DNA of 64,000 nt from Gloeobacterales cyanobacterium (GCA_038245785.1 JBBRSB010000011.1:1-64000); one strand, 5' to 3'; counted from the stretch's first letter, positions 1 to 13,303 are shown. The notes: generated from the letters alone by a model not told the origin. Program-made: numbers and translations.

Positions 1-2676
1 AGATTCGCTTTCCGTGGGCTCAACCATCATCGTGCCTGCTACCGGCCAAGAAACCGTGGGGGCATGAAAGCCATAATCCATGAGGCGTTTGGCAATATCA
101 TCGACTTCAATCCCGGCACTGATTTTGAGCTGGCGCAAATCCAGGATGCATTCATGGGCAACTAAACCCTGTTTGCCTTTGTAGAGGACTGGATAGTGAG
201 GCTCCAGGCGATGGGCTATGTAATTGGCATTGAGAATAGCTACTTTGGTCGCTTCTGTTAATCCTTCTGCACCCATGAGTGTAATGTAGGTCCAGGAGAT
301 CAACAAAATACTGGAACTACCCCAGGGAGCAGCAGCAATCGCTCCAATCCCTTGTCTTCCCCCCGTTTCAATTACAGGATGTTTTGGCAAAAAGGGAACT
401 AAATGCGCTGCTACTCCAATCGGTCCCACGCCAGGACCACCTCCGCCATGGGGGATACAGAAGGTTTTGTGCAAATTCAAATGACAAACATCGGCACCCA
501 TATCTCCTGGACGGCATAGGCCAACCTGAGCGTTCATGTTGGCTCCATCCATATAGACTTGTCCACCGTGGGCATGAATAATTCCGCAGAGGTCGGTGAT
601 CGATTCCTCGAACACGCCATGCGTGGAAGGATAGGTCACCATTAGGGCAGCCAGTTCCTTACTATGCGCTTCGGCTTTTGCCTTCAGGTCAGCCACATCG
701 ATATTGCCTTGGGCATCACAAGCAACGGGGACTACGCGGAAGCCTGCCATGACTGCACTTGCAGGATTGGTCCCATGGGCAGAGGTAGGAATCAAACAAA
801 TATTGCGATGACTTTCTTGGCAATGTTGGTGATACGCCCGAATCACGAGCAGGCCCGTATATTCTCCTTGGGAACCAGCATTGGGCTGCAATGACATGCC
901 GACAAACCCCGTGATTTCAGCGAGTTGCTCTTCTAGTTGCTGGAAGAGAATTTGATATCCCCTAGTTTGTTCTATAGGGGCGAAGGGATGAATCTTGCTA
1001 AATTCCGGCCAGGTGACAGGCATCATCTCTGTGGTTGCATTCAGCTTCATCGTGCAAGAACCCAGCGGAATCATCGAAGTGGTTAATGATAAATCCTTGG
1101 ACTGCAAGCGATACATGTACCGGAGCAATTCAGTTTCAGAGTGGTAGCTGTTGAAAACGTGATGGGTCAAGTAGGGACTGGTACGAGCAAACTTTTGCTC
1201 GATGATCTCTGAGACCCTCAGGGATTCCAGTGTGAAATCTATAGGCTTACCGCCGTTGAAGACGGCTAAAAGGTCTTCTACATCCTTCTCTGAAGTGGTC
1301 TCATCCAGACTGACGCCTAGCGTGTTTTCATCGAATATCCGCAGATTGATACGCCGCTCGGCAGCGGCTTCCAAGATCTTCTTAGCCTCGCCTGCAGAAG
1401 GATTGAGCTGCAAAGTGTCAAAGAAATGCTCTGAGCTGACTTCATACCCTAGTCGCTTCAGACCTTCCGCTAAGGTAGCCGTTGCCCGATGAACCCGTTG
1501 AGCAATTTTTTTAAGCCCCTCAGGACCATGATAGACCGCATACATGCTAGCCATCACGGCTAGCAAAACTTGGGCGGTACAGATGTTGCTGGTCGCCTGG
1601 TCACGACGGATGTGCTGCTCCCGCGTCTGTAGCGCTAAACGCAGGGCAGGCTTACCGTTCACATCATGGGATACGCCAACGATACGCCCTGGAATATGTC
1701 GTTTGTACGATTCTCTGGTCGCAAAATAGGCCGCATGAGGACCGCCATAGCCTAGCGGGACACCGAAACGCTGGCTACTGCCCACAGCGATATCTGCGCC
1801 AAACTCTCCTGGTGGCTTCAGTAATGTAAGACTCAACAGATCCGCTGCAACGATAACTAAGGCTCCTGCCTGATGAGCATGGTCTACAAAAGCTTGGTAA
1901 TCATAAATAGCTCCATTGGTTCCTGGATATTGCAGCAGGGCTCCAAAAATCGGTTGGCCAAAATCAAAAGTTTCATGATCGCCCACTAAGACTTCAATGC
2001 CTAGCGGTTGGGCACGGGTAGTTACAACCTCGATCGTCTGAGGATGACAGGCTTCAGAGATGAAAAACGTCTTAGCTCCTTTTTTTGCCTGCAGACCATA
2101 GCTCATGGTCATTGCTTCAGCAGCAGCGGTAGCTTCATCAAGTAAGGAAGCATTGGCAATTTCTAAACCGGTTAGGTCCATGACCATCGTTTGGAAATTG
2201 AGGAGGGCCTCCAGTCTGCCCTGAGCGATTTCCGCTTGGTAGGGCGTGTACTGGGTATACCAGCTTGGATTTTCTAGAATATTGCGCTGAATGACGGTGG
2301 GAGTAATGCAGTCGGAGTAGCCCATGCCGATGAAAGAGCGGAAAATTTGATTTTTGGAAGCCAGAGCCTTTAGCTCACTGAGCACTTCGTATTCGCTACG
2401 GTTTTTTCCCAGTTTGAGCGGCCGTTTCAAGCGGATGTGCGCCGGGACTGTTTTCTGGATCAGGTCCTCTAGAGAAGTGAAGCCCATGCTTGAAAGCATG
2501 TCCTGAATGGAGGCTGGACTGGGGCCAATGTGCCGCTCAATGAAAGAATCTAATGCTTCAGAATCGCCCAGTGTCTTCTTAATAGGCTGCACCCCGTGGG
2601 CTGACCCATTTTTAAGCGCAAGCTCGTCGGACAACTCTTTGGTCTGTGCGGAAGTATTTATAGTTTCTGGGGTCAC
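1..2676 (-). CDS. gcvP: Glycine dehydrogenase (glycine cleavage P protein), 3' end runs off the window
   Basis: Not in the ORF track. Manual minus-strand translation from GTG 2676 gives 'FIERHIGP', '[25 protein letters not shown]', '[25 protein letters not shown]', '[18 protein letters not shown]' (PLP Lys) and '[10 protein letters not shown]' at the window edge. Confidence 0.95.
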   Translation of the reverse strand, partial: MTPETINTSAQTKELSDELALKNGSAHGVQPIKKTLGDSEALDSFIERHIGPSPASIQDMLSSMGFTSLEDLIQKTVPAHIRLKRPLKLGKNRSEYEVLSELKALASKNQIFRSFIGMGYSDCITPTVIQRNILENPSWYTQYTPYQAEIAQGRLEALLNFQTMVMDLTGLEIANASLLDEATAAAEAMTMSYGLQAKKGAKTFFISEACHPQTIEVVTTRAQPLGIEVLVGDHETFDFGQPIFGALLQYPGTNGAIYDYQAFVDHAHQAGALVIVAADLLSLTLLKPPGEFGADIAVGSSQRFGVPLGYGGPHAAYFATRESYKRHIPGRIVGVSHDVNGKPALRLALQTREQHIRRDQATSNICTAQVLLAVMASMYAVYHGPEGLKKIAQRVHRATATLAEGLKRLGYEVSSEHFFDTLQLNPSAGEAKKILEAAAERRINLRIFDENTLGVSLDETTSEKDVEDLLAVFNGGKPIDFTLESLRVSEIIEQKFARTSPYLTHHVFNSYHSETELLRYMYRLQSKDLSLTTSMIPLGSCTMKLNATTEMMPVTWPEFSKIHPFAPIEQTRGYQILFQQLEEQLAEITGFVGMSLQPNAGSQGEYTGLLVIRAYHQHCQESHRNICLIPTSAHGTNPASAVMAGFRVVPVACDAQGNIDVADLKAKAEAHSKELAALMVTYPSTHGVFEESITDLCGIIHAHGGQVYMDGANMNAQVGLCRPGDMGADVCHLNLHKTFCIPHGGGGPGVGPIGVAAHLVPFLPKHPVIETGGRQGIGAIAAAPWGSSSILLISWTYITLMGAEGLTEATKVAILNANYIAHRLEPHYPVLYKGKQGLVAHECILDLRQLKISAGIEVDDIAKRLMDYGFHAPTVSWPVAGTMMVEPTESES

Positions 2677-2871
2677 AGCTCTTCCATCTTTCTTTATAGA
2701 TAATGTAAACAAATGTAGCGAAATTTTGTGAATACTTCAGTAATTTACAACACTACTAGTTGCTTGTCGTTCCAGAAAAACTCACCTTCCTCTATGTTAC
2801 TAAGTAAGAGCCGTCAACTAAGCAGGTTAAGGTTCTGGGACAATCACTAGCAATCAACACATTTTTAATAA

Positions 2872-3849
<978 letters not shown>

Positions 3850-3900
3850 AGCTGGTAGGAGCTCTGCAGGGTCGCCCTATAATCGAGGTTCTGTTCGGCC

Positions 3901-4527
3901 ATGTTTATGACCAGCTTTATCGATACGCTCCGCTTTAATGAGCAGGGATTGATTCCCGCCATTGTCCAAGATGTTCTCGATGGGACCGTTTTGATGATGG
4001 CTTGGATGAACAAAGCATCCCTAAAAAAAACCTTAGAAACCGGAGAAACCTGGTTTTGGAGCCGTTCTCGGCAAGAGCTTTGGCACAAAGGAGCCACCTC
4101 TGGACATATTCAACGGGTGGACTCGGTGCGCTATGACTGTGATGAAGATGTTTTGCTGGTAACTGTAGAGCAGGTTGGCGATATCGCCTGCCACTTGAAC
4201 GAACGTAGCTGCTTTCATCGTTTGGATGACCAAAAGAGTCTTCCTCCTGCCGATATGCTGTCTCAGGTTTATCGGGTGATCCAAGAGCGTAAGCAAACGC
4301 CTAGCGAAAAGTCCTATACCAGTCAACTGCTAGAGGCTGGCGACAATAAAATTCTCAAGAAAATTGGCGAAGAAAGCGCTGAAGTGGTCATGGCTTCCAA
4401 GGATGGTGTGCCAGAACGCATCGCCGAAGAAGTAGCAGACCTTTGGTACCACACCCTCGTGCTACTGGCCCACCACGATATGGATATTCTGGACGTCTAT
4501 CAAGTTTTAAAAAAGCGGCGGAAGTAG
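3901..4527 (+). CDS. hisIE: Bifunctional phosphoribosyl-AMP cyclohydrolase / phosphoribosyl-ATP pyrophosphatase
   Basis: '[16 protein letters not shown]', 'DCDED', 'ACH..ERSCF', '[10 protein letters not shown]', 'EVADLWYH'. Start may be 3907. Confidence 0.95.
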   Translation: MFMTSFIDTLRFNEQGLIPAIVQDVLDGTVLMMAWMNKASLKKTLETGETWFWSRSRQELWHKGATSGHIQRVDSVRYDCDEDVLLVTVEQVGDIACHLNERSCFHRLDDQKSLPPADMLSQVYRVIQERKQTPSEKSYTSQLLEAGDNKILKKIGEESAEVVMASKDGVPERIAEEVADLWYHTLVLLAHHDMDILDVYQVLKKRRK

Positions 4528-4692
4528 GGCTACAGGCGCATCAAGACACAAAAAAAGAGGCAGGCGACTTTCCGTGTTTCGTCTCCACCTCTTTTCCTGT
4601 TTACTCCTCACATCCACAAGAATACACACGCTAAAAAAGTTTGTCAACTATTTTCTGATTTTTCTCCATCCCCCCTAGAACGAAGTGTACTT

Positions 4693-6159
4693 TTGGGCAC
4701 GATAATGGGAGTACAGCTTCTTAAAAAGCAATTTAGGTGTATGACGAACAAATTTTCCCTTCCTTCCTTTTCTTGGATTTGGCCTGTAACAGGTGGGGGA
4801 ATTGTTGCCGGAGCCCTGGTGGCCTGGCTGAACCTACCCATTCAAGTGGAAGCCAGTGTCCAGAATGGCCAAAAAGGCGTAGACCCACGCATCCCAATTG
4901 CCGTAAATCTCGTTGGCTGGGGTGCACAGATACAACACGTAGAACTTTCCACAACCAAAGGTAAAGTGGTCAAAAAAGTTTCACAGCCCCAGAAAGCATC
5001 AGACTCAGACCGCTTGCTTATCGGTGATCTAAAGCCCAGTGAGAGTTATCAATTGAGCATGGCGGCCACCCGCGAATTCCCTCAGGAACAATTGGTCAAA
5101 ACGGTACAATTTTCCACGCTCAAGCAACCAGAGCTTGTCACTGAGCCGCCAGAAGTTTTACCCAAGGATAAAACGATCCGCCTGGAATTTTCTGCTCCCG
5201 TTACTCAGGCAGAAGTCAAAGGCATCCCTGCCCAAGTAGAGATTTCCGCCGATGGCAAGACGGTCATGCTGAAGCCACAAGCCTATAAACAGGGCGAAAA
5301 ATACAGTGTAGAAGTCACAGGACTTGGAGAGCAGAATTACCCTATCGTCCCCGTCAAATTCAAAATCAATACCCCTCCGGCTCTGACTCTGGATGCTTCG
5401 ATAGAAGATAAACGGCAAAGTCTAGGGGTAGGAATGCCCTTGGAGCTGAAGTTCAGTCAAGTTCCTGACAATCCAGAAGCCCTCACTGAAAAACTAACCC
5501 TAGAACCCCTTCTTCCAGGGAAATGGAAATGGATCAATCGAAGGACCCTCCGCTACCTCCCAGAGGATGGAGTGTGGCCAGCTAAAACCAGCTATACGCT
5601 CACCGCAGATTTACAAGGTTGGGAAACCGCCGATGGTTCCTGGATTGAAGAACCGCTGACCACCACCTTCGGTTTTGGCCCAGACCATCGATTTGAAGTA
5701 GACCTCTCTAGCCAACGGGCTATGGCTATTGAAAATGGCAAGGTAGTCCGAGCATTCAAAATCAGCAGTGGTAAGGGCGCAACCCCCACAGTGGTCGGGA
5801 CATTCTATATCTACCGTCGTGTGAAGCTTAAAACGATGACCAGTGGCGGTGACCCCCAAGGCCCAGGATTCTACAGCGTAGATAACGTCCCTTTCGTTCA
5901 ATATTTCCACAGAGGGTATGCTTTCCACGGAGCCTGGTGGCACAACAATTTTGGCCGTCCGATGAGCCATGGTTGCATCAATATGAGCACCCAAATCAAA
6001 AACGCCAGAAGCGTTAACGAGGATGCTGGCTGGCTCTGGAAATTTGGAGCAGTAGGCACCCCTGTAAAAGTCTATGGCAAAGCCCCAGGGACCGTCGCAA
6101 GGGCCACAAATTCCAGTCGTCGCGTTCGCAGCAATACCGAAAGAACCGTAAACCAATAA
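4693..6159 (+). CDS. L,D-transpeptidase family protein with N-terminal membrane anchor and Ig-like domains
   Basis: C-terminal YkuD motif 'AFHGAWW...MSHGCIN'; hydrophobic N-terminal segment. True start probably ATG 4741. Confidence 0.85.
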   Translation: MGTIMGVQLLKKQFRCMTNKFSLPSFSWIWPVTGGGIVAGALVAWLNLPIQVEASVQNGQKGVDPRIPIAVNLVGWGAQIQHVELSTTKGKVVKKVSQPQKASDSDRLLIGDLKPSESYQLSMAATREFPQEQLVKTVQFSTLKQPELVTEPPEVLPKDKTIRLEFSAPVTQAEVKGIPAQVEISADGKTVMLKPQAYKQGEKYSVEVTGLGEQNYPIVPVKFKINTPPALTLDASIEDKRQSLGVGMPLELKFSQVPDNPEALTEKLTLEPLLPGKWKWINRRTLRYLPEDGVWPAKTSYTLTADLQGWETADGSWIEEPLTTTFGFGPDHRFEVDLSSQRAMAIENGKVVRAFKISSGKGATPTVVGTFYIYRRVKLKTMTSGGDPQGPGFYSVDNVPFVQYFHRGYAFHGAWWHNNFGRPMSHGCINMSTQIKNARSVNEDAGWLWKFGAVGTPVKVYGKAPGTVARATNSSRRVRSNTERTVNQ

Positions 6160-6297
6160 ATCATCAATAGGCATTGCGCCCTTATTCATCGACAACCAAA
6201 AACCCAAAAACATTTGTATAAAATTTGATCAGATTAAGATCATCGAAATAATTAAACCAAAACACGATATTGACCGTTAAATTTATTCAGCGAGAAT

Positions 6298-6912
6298 TTA
6301 TATCAACCTTAATGCTTGATATCCAAAGTATCCAAATTTACTTTGGAGTTTCTGGGGCAAATTATTCTTTGAAATAGGAATAAAACCTAGACGAGCATAG
6401 TATTGAGTTAACGGAGGCTGACACAGTAAATAGATAGGTTTTTGCCCTTTCTGCGCACAATAATTTACCAAATCAGTTCCTATACCTTGATTCCGATAAG
6501 TAGGAAAAATAAATAGCTGATCTAGATAGGAATAGGTGTCATATTGAGTAAATTTTGCAGAACCAAAAAGTTTATTGTTATACTCAACAACCCAAATCTC
6601 CGAGTAAGAAAAAGGCTGGAACAATAAGACCCAGAATAAAACAGTTAAATATATCGCCAGCGGTATACCGACTATCAGAACAGCAATAATATCCAGCTCT
6701 GGACTTCGCCCTAGAGAAGGTAAATTTGAAACAATGTACAGTGCCGAAATCAAAGGAATCATCAATAGGATAAGGACTAACAGATTAGCCACTGGGCCTT
6801 TTGGCATTATCAGTCGCATTTTGTATAGGGCCCATCTGTCTTTAGGACGAGCAGCCCGAATCCCATAGGCAGGCGAGCGGGAAAAAGATTGAGCGGTTGA
6901 AGAAAGGGCCAA
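6298..6912 (-). CDS. GNAT-family N-acetyltransferase with an inserted two-TM hairpin
   Basis: 'FIFPTYRNQGIGTDLV' acetyl-CoA motif A and 'YYARLGF'; two hydrophobic segments. Region is AT-rich. Confidence 0.75.
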   Translation of the reverse strand: MALSSTAQSFSRSPAYGIRAARPKDRWALYKMRLIMPKGPVANLLVLILLMIPLISALYIVSNLPSLGRSPELDIIAVLIVGIPLAIYLTVLFWVLLFQPFSYSEIWVVEYNNKLFGSAKFTQYDTYSYLDQLFIFPTYRNQGIGTDLVNYCAQKGQKPIYLLCQPPLTQYYARLGFIPISKNNLPQKLQSKFGYFGYQALRLI

Positions 6913-7164
6913 TTCATATCTCCACGAAACCGAATACAGATGGCTATATTAGAAATCTAGAACTATGGGCAGGCCAAGGTTGGAATTTTGATAGATATGA
7001 GCCTAGTTCGAGTGTGCCCAAATGACCAAGCTAAATCTCTGAAATTTAGATCAATCCTACTTCTAAGTAGCCTGAAATGAAGGTTTTATCTTTCATGAGG
7101 TAAAGGTAATCCTTGTTTATATAGATTTTGTCAGTTTGCTAGAAAGAGTCTGCCCAAGTGAAAG

Positions 7165-8976
7165 CTAGTCCTCGTCCAATTTAAGAACAGCCATAAATGC
7201 CTCTTGAGGCACTTCCACAGAACCTACAGACTTCATTCGTTTTTTGCCTTCTTTTTGCTTTTCTAATAGCTTCTTCTTACGGCTGATATCCCCGCCGTAG
7301 CATTTAGCGAGAACGTTTTTACGGATGGGAGCAATATTTTCTCGGGCCACGACCTTACTGCCAATTGCCGCCTGGATAGGCACCTGGAATTGCTGGCGAG
7401 GAATCAGTTTTTTCAGTTTCTCCGTGAGCTGTCTACCAATGGTGGGGGCCTTGTCCGCATGACAAATTACAGATAGAGAATCTACGCTTTCTCCGTTCAG
7501 GACGATATCTAAGCGGACTAGTTTATCGGCTCGATAGCCAATGAACTGATACTCCATAGAGGCATAGCCACGGGAGCGCGACTTTAGTTGGTCAAAGAAG
7601 TCAGAAATCACTTCGGCCAGGGGTAACTCATAGATTAAAGTTGTTCGGTTCTGGGTGAGGTATTTCATATCTTTGAAAATCCCTCGTCGGTTCTGACATA
7701 GCTCCATCAACGTCCCGACATATTCTTGCGGGGTGATGATTTCCATCTTGACGTAGGGCTCTTCAATCATTTCGCGCAGATGGGGGTCGGGCAAGTCGGC
7801 AGGATTTTGAATCTCTCTGACCGAGCCATCCATGAACGTAATTCGATAGACTACCGAAGGAGCGGTTGTAACCAAATCCAGGTCATACTCTCGCTCCAGG
7901 CGCTCTTGCACAATCTCCATATGGAGCAACCCCAAGAATCCGCAGCGAAAGCCAAACCCTAGTGCTCCAGAACTCTCTGGCTCAAAGCTGAGGGCTGCAT
8001 CATTGAGACTGAGCTTATTAAGGGCTTCCCGCAGGTCTTCAAACTGGTCAGAGTCTGTAGGATAGAGGCCACAATAAACCATGGGCGTAGCTTTGCGATA
8101 ACCTGGCAATCCTTCTTTTGCAGGGTTCGCTGCCAAAGTGACTGTGTCTCCAACGCGGGCATCTCCGACCGTTTTAATTGAAGCTGAAAGAAAACCAACT
8201 TCCCCGGCATGAAGTTCTTTTACTTGCACCTGATAGGGCTTGAGCACACCTAGATCATCAATCTCAAATTCTTTACCGGTCGCCATAAACCGGATTTTGT
8301 CTTTAAGGCGAACGGTCCCATCCATGACGCGGAAATAGACCACTACTCCACGATAGGCATCATAGTAACTATCAAAAATCAGTGCCCGTAGAGGCTCTTG
8401 CGTCGTATCTTTGGGCGGAGGGACATCCCGGACAATCGCTTCCAGAATCTCAGTAATGCCAATTCCTTGTTTGGCAGAGGCGTGAATCGCGCCAGAAGTG
8501 TCCAAGCCAATAATTTCTTCAATCTCAGCAGCAACCCGGTCTGGCTCCGCTCCTGGTAGGTCAATCTTATTGAGGACAGGAATGATTTCTAGATCATTTT
8601 CGAGGGCTAGATAAACATTGGCTAAAGTCTGTGCTTCTACTCCCTGAGAAGCATCTACTACCAAGAGTGCCCCTTCGCAGGCGGCCAGAGAGCGAGACAC
8701 CTCATAGGTGAAATCTACGTGGCCTGGAGTGTCAATCAAGTTCAAGACATAGGCCTGACCGTCCTGAGCGGTGTAGTCCATGCGTGCGGCCTGGAGTTTG
8801 ATCGTGATACCCCGCTCCCGCTCCAAATCCATATTGTCTAAGTGTTGTGCTGTCAGGTCGCGGTCACTAACCGTCCCTGTCGCTTGTAGCAAGCGATCGG
8901 CCAGAGTCGACTTCCCATGATCAATGTGGGCAATAATGGAAAAGTTGCGAATCCGAGATACGGGCACATCGGTCAT
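7165..8976 (-). CDS. lepA: Elongation factor 4 (LepA)
   Basis: '[20 protein letters not shown]', 'ERERGITIK', '[11 protein letters not shown]', '[14 protein letters not shown]'. Confidence 0.98.
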   Translation of the reverse strand: MTDVPVSRIRNFSIIAHIDHGKSTLADRLLQATGTVSDRDLTAQHLDNMDLERERGITIKLQAARMDYTAQDGQAYVLNLIDTPGHVDFTYEVSRSLAACEGALLVVDASQGVEAQTLANVYLALENDLEIIPVLNKIDLPGAEPDRVAAEIEEIIGLDTSGAIHASAKQGIGITEILEAIVRDVPPPKDTTQEPLRALIFDSYYDAYRGVVVYFRVMDGTVRLKDKIRFMATGKEFEIDDLGVLKPYQVQVKELHAGEVGFLSASIKTVGDARVGDTVTLAANPAKEGLPGYRKATPMVYCGLYPTDSDQFEDLREALNKLSLNDAALSFEPESSGALGFGFRCGFLGLLHMEIVQERLEREYDLDLVTTAPSVVYRITFMDGSVREIQNPADLPDPHLREMIEEPYVKMEIITPQEYVGTLMELCQNRRGIFKDMKYLTQNRTTLIYELPLAEVISDFFDQLKSRSRGYASMEYQFIGYRADKLVRLDIVLNGESVDSLSVICHADKAPTIGRQLTEKLKKLIPRQQFQVPIQAAIGSKVVARENIAPIRKNVLAKCYGGDISRKKKLLEKQKEGKKRMKSVGSVEVPQEAFMAVLKLDED

Positions 8977-9262
8977 GTTTTTTGAAGAAAGAATAACTAT
9001 TCTTGATCATAAAGCCCCAAACCAACATAGAGATAAACCTTTCGGACTTCTCCCTAAACCATTGTTCTCAGATCTTCCCGAAAATCATCCATGTAAAGAT
9101 ACGACTTGATTATTTAAGGGATCAAGTACGGAGATATACGGTACTTCACGATCCTTGATGTCTGCATGCACGAAGAGATCACGGATAGCTCGAACTCCAA
9201 GCCAGTGTTATATTTTGGACATCCCAGCAGATTTTTAATTACCGTTTAATCTGCCTGTCCCG

Positions 9263-9691
9263 ATGCCACGATTTCAGAGTTACCTCATGCTTGTCCAAAC
9301 CCAGTCAACCGCTAGTTTTTCTTCTGGTATGCCCTTGGCCGTTACGCCACAATCATTTTTTGAGGCGTATTGTTGGGTTATTTTTACCCGTGTGATGGGA
9401 GAAAGTAGATTGGTTGAAGCTTGGCCTGAGTTGGCTGAGGTCTATCACAATTTTGATCCGTTCAAGATTGACAAAGACGTGGCGGCTCAAGCCGAAGAGT
9501 GGGTGGATTCTGAGGCTACTCTAGGGCCTAGTCAGTGTGCCTTGATGATTCAGCTTTTCGGTTGGGAGCAATTTAGTCGGCAGTTTATCAAAACGTCTGA
9601 ACCCAAGAATACCTTGGCTCTGCTACGCGGTATGGATTGGATGAGCATTCAGCAGCTAGGACGCTTGCTCGATATGGAGTGGGCGGACTAG
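9263..9691 (+). CDS. Hypothetical protein
   Basis: 142-aa ORF filling the gap between lepA and the ABC ATPase; no motif recognised; start uncertain. Confidence 0.55.
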   Translation: MPRFQSYLMLVQTQSTASFSSGMPLAVTPQSFFEAYCWVIFTRVMGESRLVEAWPELAEVYHNFDPFKIDKDVAAQAEEWVDSEATLGPSQCALMIQLFGWEQFSRQFIKTSEPKNTLALLRGMDWMSIQQLGRLLDMEWAD

Positions 9692-9761
9692 GACCATCAC
9701 CTGTTTGAATCTGAAGGAGACTTATGCTTAAGTAAGGCTCCTTTTTACTTGTTTAATTGGC

Positions 9762-10787
9762 TTATTCTTCAGCCGCCTGCAAAAAAGGAATACCCACCGC
9801 TTTCCCATAGAGTTCTTCAGCAAAGTGACAAGCACTCCAATGTCCAGGCAAAATTTCTCGCAGACTAGTGGGCTCTTCACAGCCAGTTTTGGCATAGGGA
9901 CAGCGAGTCCGGAATCGGCAACCTGAAGGAGGATTGGCCGCAGAGGGCAGATCTCCTTGAAGCAGAATCCGTTTGCGCTGATTTCTCAGCTTAGGGTCTG
10001 GAATCGGGACGGCGGATAGCAAAGACTCAGTGTAGGGATGAAAAGCCTGCTGCTCTAAAGAGCTTGCGGGGGCAAGTTCAACGATTTCTCCCAGATACAT
10101 CACGGCCACCCGGTCACAGAAATACAACACCACCTGGAGGTCGTGGGCAATGAAAATATAGGTCAGCTTTTTCTCTGTTTTCAGTTCTGCAAGAAGATTG
10201 AGAATTTGGGCTTGAATCGATACATCCAAAGCTGAAATCGGTTCATCAGCGACGATCAAAGCTGGGTTTAAAGCGAGCGCACGAGCAATACCCACCCGTT
10301 GGCGCTGGCCACCTGAAAATTCATAGGGATAGCGGTCATAGAACTTAGGATCCAGGCCTACCTGCTCCATGAGCGTTTGGACCTTCTCTTTTTGAGCACG
10401 TCCTGAAACAACTTTATGAATGTGCAAAGGTTCGGCAATACTTTCTCCCACAGAGATCCGAGGATCTAAACAAGCTTGGGGATTCTGAAACACCATCTGC
10501 ATCTTTCGGCGCAGCGGCTTGAGCTGAGATTCACTCCAGGTCGTTATATTCTGGCCTTCGAAAATAATTTGACCACGGGTAGGCTTCAGCAATCGGAGTA
10601 GGGTCCGAGCTAGGGTCGATTTGCCACATCCTGACTCTCCGACGATTCCTAGGGTCTCTCCTTGCTGAACATCAAGACTCACCCCGTCTACCGCCCGCAC
10701 CACACCAACCTTTTTTCGGAAGAAAACGCCTTCTCGAATCGGGAAATGTTGGGTTAGGTCTTGTAGGGAGAGAAAAGCACCGGCCAT
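9762..10787 (-). CDS. Oligopeptide/dipeptide ABC transporter ATP-binding subunit (OppF/DppF type)
   Basis: Walker A 'GESGCGKS', 'FSGGQRQR', 'ADEPISALD', C-terminal '[11 protein letters not shown]'. Confidence 0.92.
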   Translation of the reverse strand: MAGAFLSLQDLTQHFPIREGVFFRKKVGVVRAVDGVSLDVQQGETLGIVGESGCGKSTLARTLLRLLKPTRGQIIFEGQNITTWSESQLKPLRRKMQMVFQNPQACLDPRISVGESIAEPLHIHKVVSGRAQKEKVQTLMEQVGLDPKFYDRYPYEFSGGQRQRVGIARALALNPALIVADEPISALDVSIQAQILNLLAELKTEKKLTYIFIAHDLQVVLYFCDRVAVMYLGEIVELAPASSLEQQAFHPYTESLLSAVPIPDPKLRNQRKRILLQGDLPSAANPPSGCRFRTRCPYAKTGCEEPTSLREILPGHWSACHFAEELYGKAVGIPFLQAAEE

Positions 10788-10960
10788 TCATCTAGTGTAC
10801 CGTTCCATTTGAATCTTATTGAATCGGGACTGGCTAGCTCGCGGTTCCAAGGGTTCAAGCAATACTTAAGCTTTATCAGAATTTAGACATAGATTTTAAT
10901 TCTGGATGTGAAGCCACCTATAATAAGTATAAGAAAAGTTAAGCTTGTATAGGGGTTCAC

Positions 10961-11071
10961 ATGAAACAGAAAAACTATTCCTGGAAAGGTAGCCCTAACG
11001 CTGGTCTGGTACTGGCTTTAGCAGCGGCAGCAGCAGGCATTATCATCATAGTTGCAGGATTTAGTGGTTGA
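10961..11071 (+). CDS. Putative 36-aa single-pass membrane protein
   Basis: Manual translation MKQKNYSWKGSPNAGLVLALAAAAAGIIIIVAGFSG*; AGGGG upstream of the ATG; lies in an otherwise empty intergenic gap. Confidence 0.6.
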   Translation: MKQKNYSWKGSPNAGLVLALAAAAAGIIIIVAGFSG

Positions 11072-11106
11072 AAAGCCCACAAGACAGCCTGCTGGTTACT
11101 GCATCA

Positions 11107-11658
11107 TCAATAGGCGTAGGCTCTGCTTTGAGAGGGGCTCCAGATTAAGGCGGCCATCACACGTATCTGTGCGTTGGGATGTTCTCGCACTTTTTGAAGT
11201 AAATCGCTGCACTCTTCATACTTAACAGTGCCTGACCATATGAGCCGGTCAAGGGTTTCAACCCCTAGGTACTGAATTAAGGGGTCACTATCATCTAGAA
11301 ATTCGCTGAGCCACGGAAGTACCCGACCGTCAGCAATAACATACAAAAGTTCGACTGCAGAACATCTCGTATCACTGTCACCTTTTTTAAAAAGCTCATA
11401 GCAGCGCTGCATTGCTGACCATGGACTGAGTTGCTGCAGCACCGACCGAGCAAGTTCACTCCCCAGTTTATCTTGGATGCAATAGTCAACAGCTGCTTGC
11501 AAGTGCTCTTCTCCGAGTGACACTTCAATAGCTCGTTTCGCAGCGTCAAGGTCTGTTGAGGCCTGACTTTGGCTGAGGTTATTCAGACGCTGCACCAACG
11601 CTTGCCAATCGATTGATTCGGTCACGTCGTTTGTTTCTCCACCATTCACTAACCACAA
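11107..11658 (-). CDS. HEAT-repeat-like helical protein
   Basis: 'DSDTRCSAVELL', 'LDDSDPLIQYLGVETL', 'HPNAQIRVMAA' repeat-like units; start uncertain. Confidence 0.65.
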   Translation of the reverse strand: MWLVNGGETNDVTESIDWQALVQRLNNLSQSQASTDLDAAKRAIEVSLGEEHLQAAVDYCIQDKLGSELARSVLQQLSPWSAMQRCYELFKKGDSDTRCSAVELLYVIADGRVLPWLSEFLDDSDPLIQYLGVETLDRLIWSGTVKYEECSDLLQKVREHPNAQIRVMAALIWSPSQSRAYAY

Positions 11659-11659
11659 C

Positions 11660-12205
11660 TTAGCCAGCCAGTTTTTTGCTGCCGTGAAGTGCTGATGAAG
11701 AAGGTGTGAACAATTTTCCGTCGATATCGACCACGGAAAAATCTTTCAAAGTGCTTTTGGTTAATCGTGCTCTGGTTTGCAGATTTTTCCCTTCAATTCT
11801 AGGACCTGCGCCTGGGAGTTTCTTGGCTTGGACATAGATAAGGCCCGTTTCGGTATTGAGGGCTTCTTTAATGGCGAGGGCGGTGAATTGGGAGAGCGTC
11901 GTTCCCCGCTGGGCCAAGAGAAACTTTAAAGCTTCTCGATTCCCCACTTCACGGGCTAAGCCTAAAGCTAGAAGCTTGCGTGCAACCGGAGAACGACCAA
12001 TCGTTACCGTTTTACCTGCGTCATAAGAAGATAGAGCCAGGGTTTGATTGGCCTGTAGAGCTTCAGGATCCAGGTTTTCTAGTCCCTCAATGACAGACTC
12101 AGGCAAAGTTTCTTTGGGCATCTCAGGAGTAGGAGCCTTGCAGGCAAATAGGCACAGTAATCCAAGGCATACATACCCTAGAAACCTGAGCCGCGCGCTT
12201 CGCAC
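11660..12205 (-). CDS. Hypothetical lipoprotein
   Basis: Basic N-terminus, hydrophobic stretch and lipobox-like 'LFAC'. Confidence 0.6.
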   Translation of the reverse strand: MRSARLRFLGYVCLGLLCLFACKAPTPEMPKETLPESVIEGLENLDPEALQANQTLALSSYDAGKTVTIGRSPVARKLLALGLAREVGNREALKFLLAQRGTTLSQFTALAIKEALNTETGLIYVQAKKLPGAGPRIEGKNLQTRARLTKSTLKDFSVVDIDGKLFTPSSSALHGSKKLAG

Positions 12206-12240
12206 TGATTAAATCCTTTATCCAGACTGATTTATCCTAC

Positions 12241-13299
12241 CTAGACCTTGGCCACTTCCTTCGACCAACGTCCAAATAATCCCGCCACTCTGGCAAGATC
12301 CTTGACTAGATCATCAAACTTATTGGGTGTCAAAGACTGCGGTCCATCGGAGAGTGCTTTGGCCGGAGTCGGATGGACTTCAATCATCAGACCGTCTGTC
12401 CCAGCTGCAGCAGCGGCCAAAGACATGGATTTGACATATTCTGAAACCCCGGTGCCATGACTTGGATCAATCACAATCGGGAGGTGTGTCAAGGAACGCA
12501 ACACAGGAATTACAGAAAGGTCAAGTGTATTGCGGGTGTACTGTTTGTCGAAGGTCCGAATGCCGCGTTCACAGAGAACAACATTGGGATTGCCTGCGGC
12601 CAATATGTACTCGGCGGCGGAGAGCCATTCATCGATGGTGGCATTCATACCGCGCTTCAACAGAACGGGCTTAGGCAGACCATTTTTATCTCGATAGAGG
12701 CCGACTTTCTTGAGCAGAGAAAAGTTCTGCATGTTGCGGGCACCGATCTGAATCATATCTGCCACTTCGGCGACGACCTGCAGATCTTCCGAATCCATCA
12801 GTTCGGTGACAATGCCCAAGCCTGTTTCTTCACGAGCTAAAGCTAAGAGTCCCAAAGCACTTTCTCCATGTCCCTGGAAATCATAGGGAGAAGTACGGGG
12901 CTTGTAGGCTCCTCCACGCAAAAACTGTGCCCCAGCGGCTTTGACGCGACGGGCCGTTTCCAGGATCATTTCTTCATTCTCTACAGAGCAAGGTCCTGTC
13001 ATCAAAACGATCGGATGCTCTTCTCCGATCGGTACTCCATGGACCAGCACCGTAGACGGTTCGGGATGGAATTCCCGGCTGGCCCGCTTATAACGCTTTT
13101 TTACCCTCATCACTCTGTCGATGAAGGGGCTGAGTTCTTTTACCCGGTCCTCTTCTAAGACACTGGTATCTCCGATCAGACCGAGGACTACATTTTCTTT
13201 GCCCACCATCATCTGGGTGGAAAGGCCCCACACTTCAAGGCTGGCTACAATTTCATCCACAATTTCCGACTGTGTGCCAGGTTTTATAACGATGATCAT
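12241..13299 (-). CDS. aroF: 3-deoxy-7-phosphoheptulonate (DAHP) synthase, class I-beta with N-terminal regulatory domain
   Basis: 'GPCSVE', 'RGGAYKPRTSPYDFQG', 'QIGARNMQNF', 'DPSHGTG'. Start moved to ATG 13299 ('MIIVIKPG') to avoid overlap with the upstream gene. Confidence 0.95.
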   Translation of the reverse strand: MIIVIKPGTQSEIVDEIVASLEVWGLSTQMMVGKENVVLGLIGDTSVLEEDRVKELSPFIDRVMRVKKRYKRASREFHPEPSTVLVHGVPIGEEHPIVLMTGPCSVENEEMILETARRVKAAGAQFLRGGAYKPRTSPYDFQGHGESALGLLALAREETGLGIVTELMDSEDLQVVAEVADMIQIGARNMQNFSLLKKVGLYRDKNGLPKPVLLKRGMNATIDEWLSAAEYILAAGNPNVVLCERGIRTFDKQYTRNTLDLSVIPVLRSLTHLPIVIDPSHGTGVSEYVKSMSLAAAAAGTDGLMIEVHPTPAKALSDGPQSLTPNKFDDLVKDLARVAGLFGRWSKEVAKV

Positions 13300-13303
13300 G
13301 GAC

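Noticed and set aside
384..2731. Short plus-strand ORFs in the track, and similar shadow ORFs elsewhere (e.g. 37741-38322, 5611-6213, 59891-60346)
   Set aside because: They are antisense or off-frame overlaps of well-supported genes (gcvP, J-domain protein, transpeptidase, secreted protein) and show no motifs of their own.
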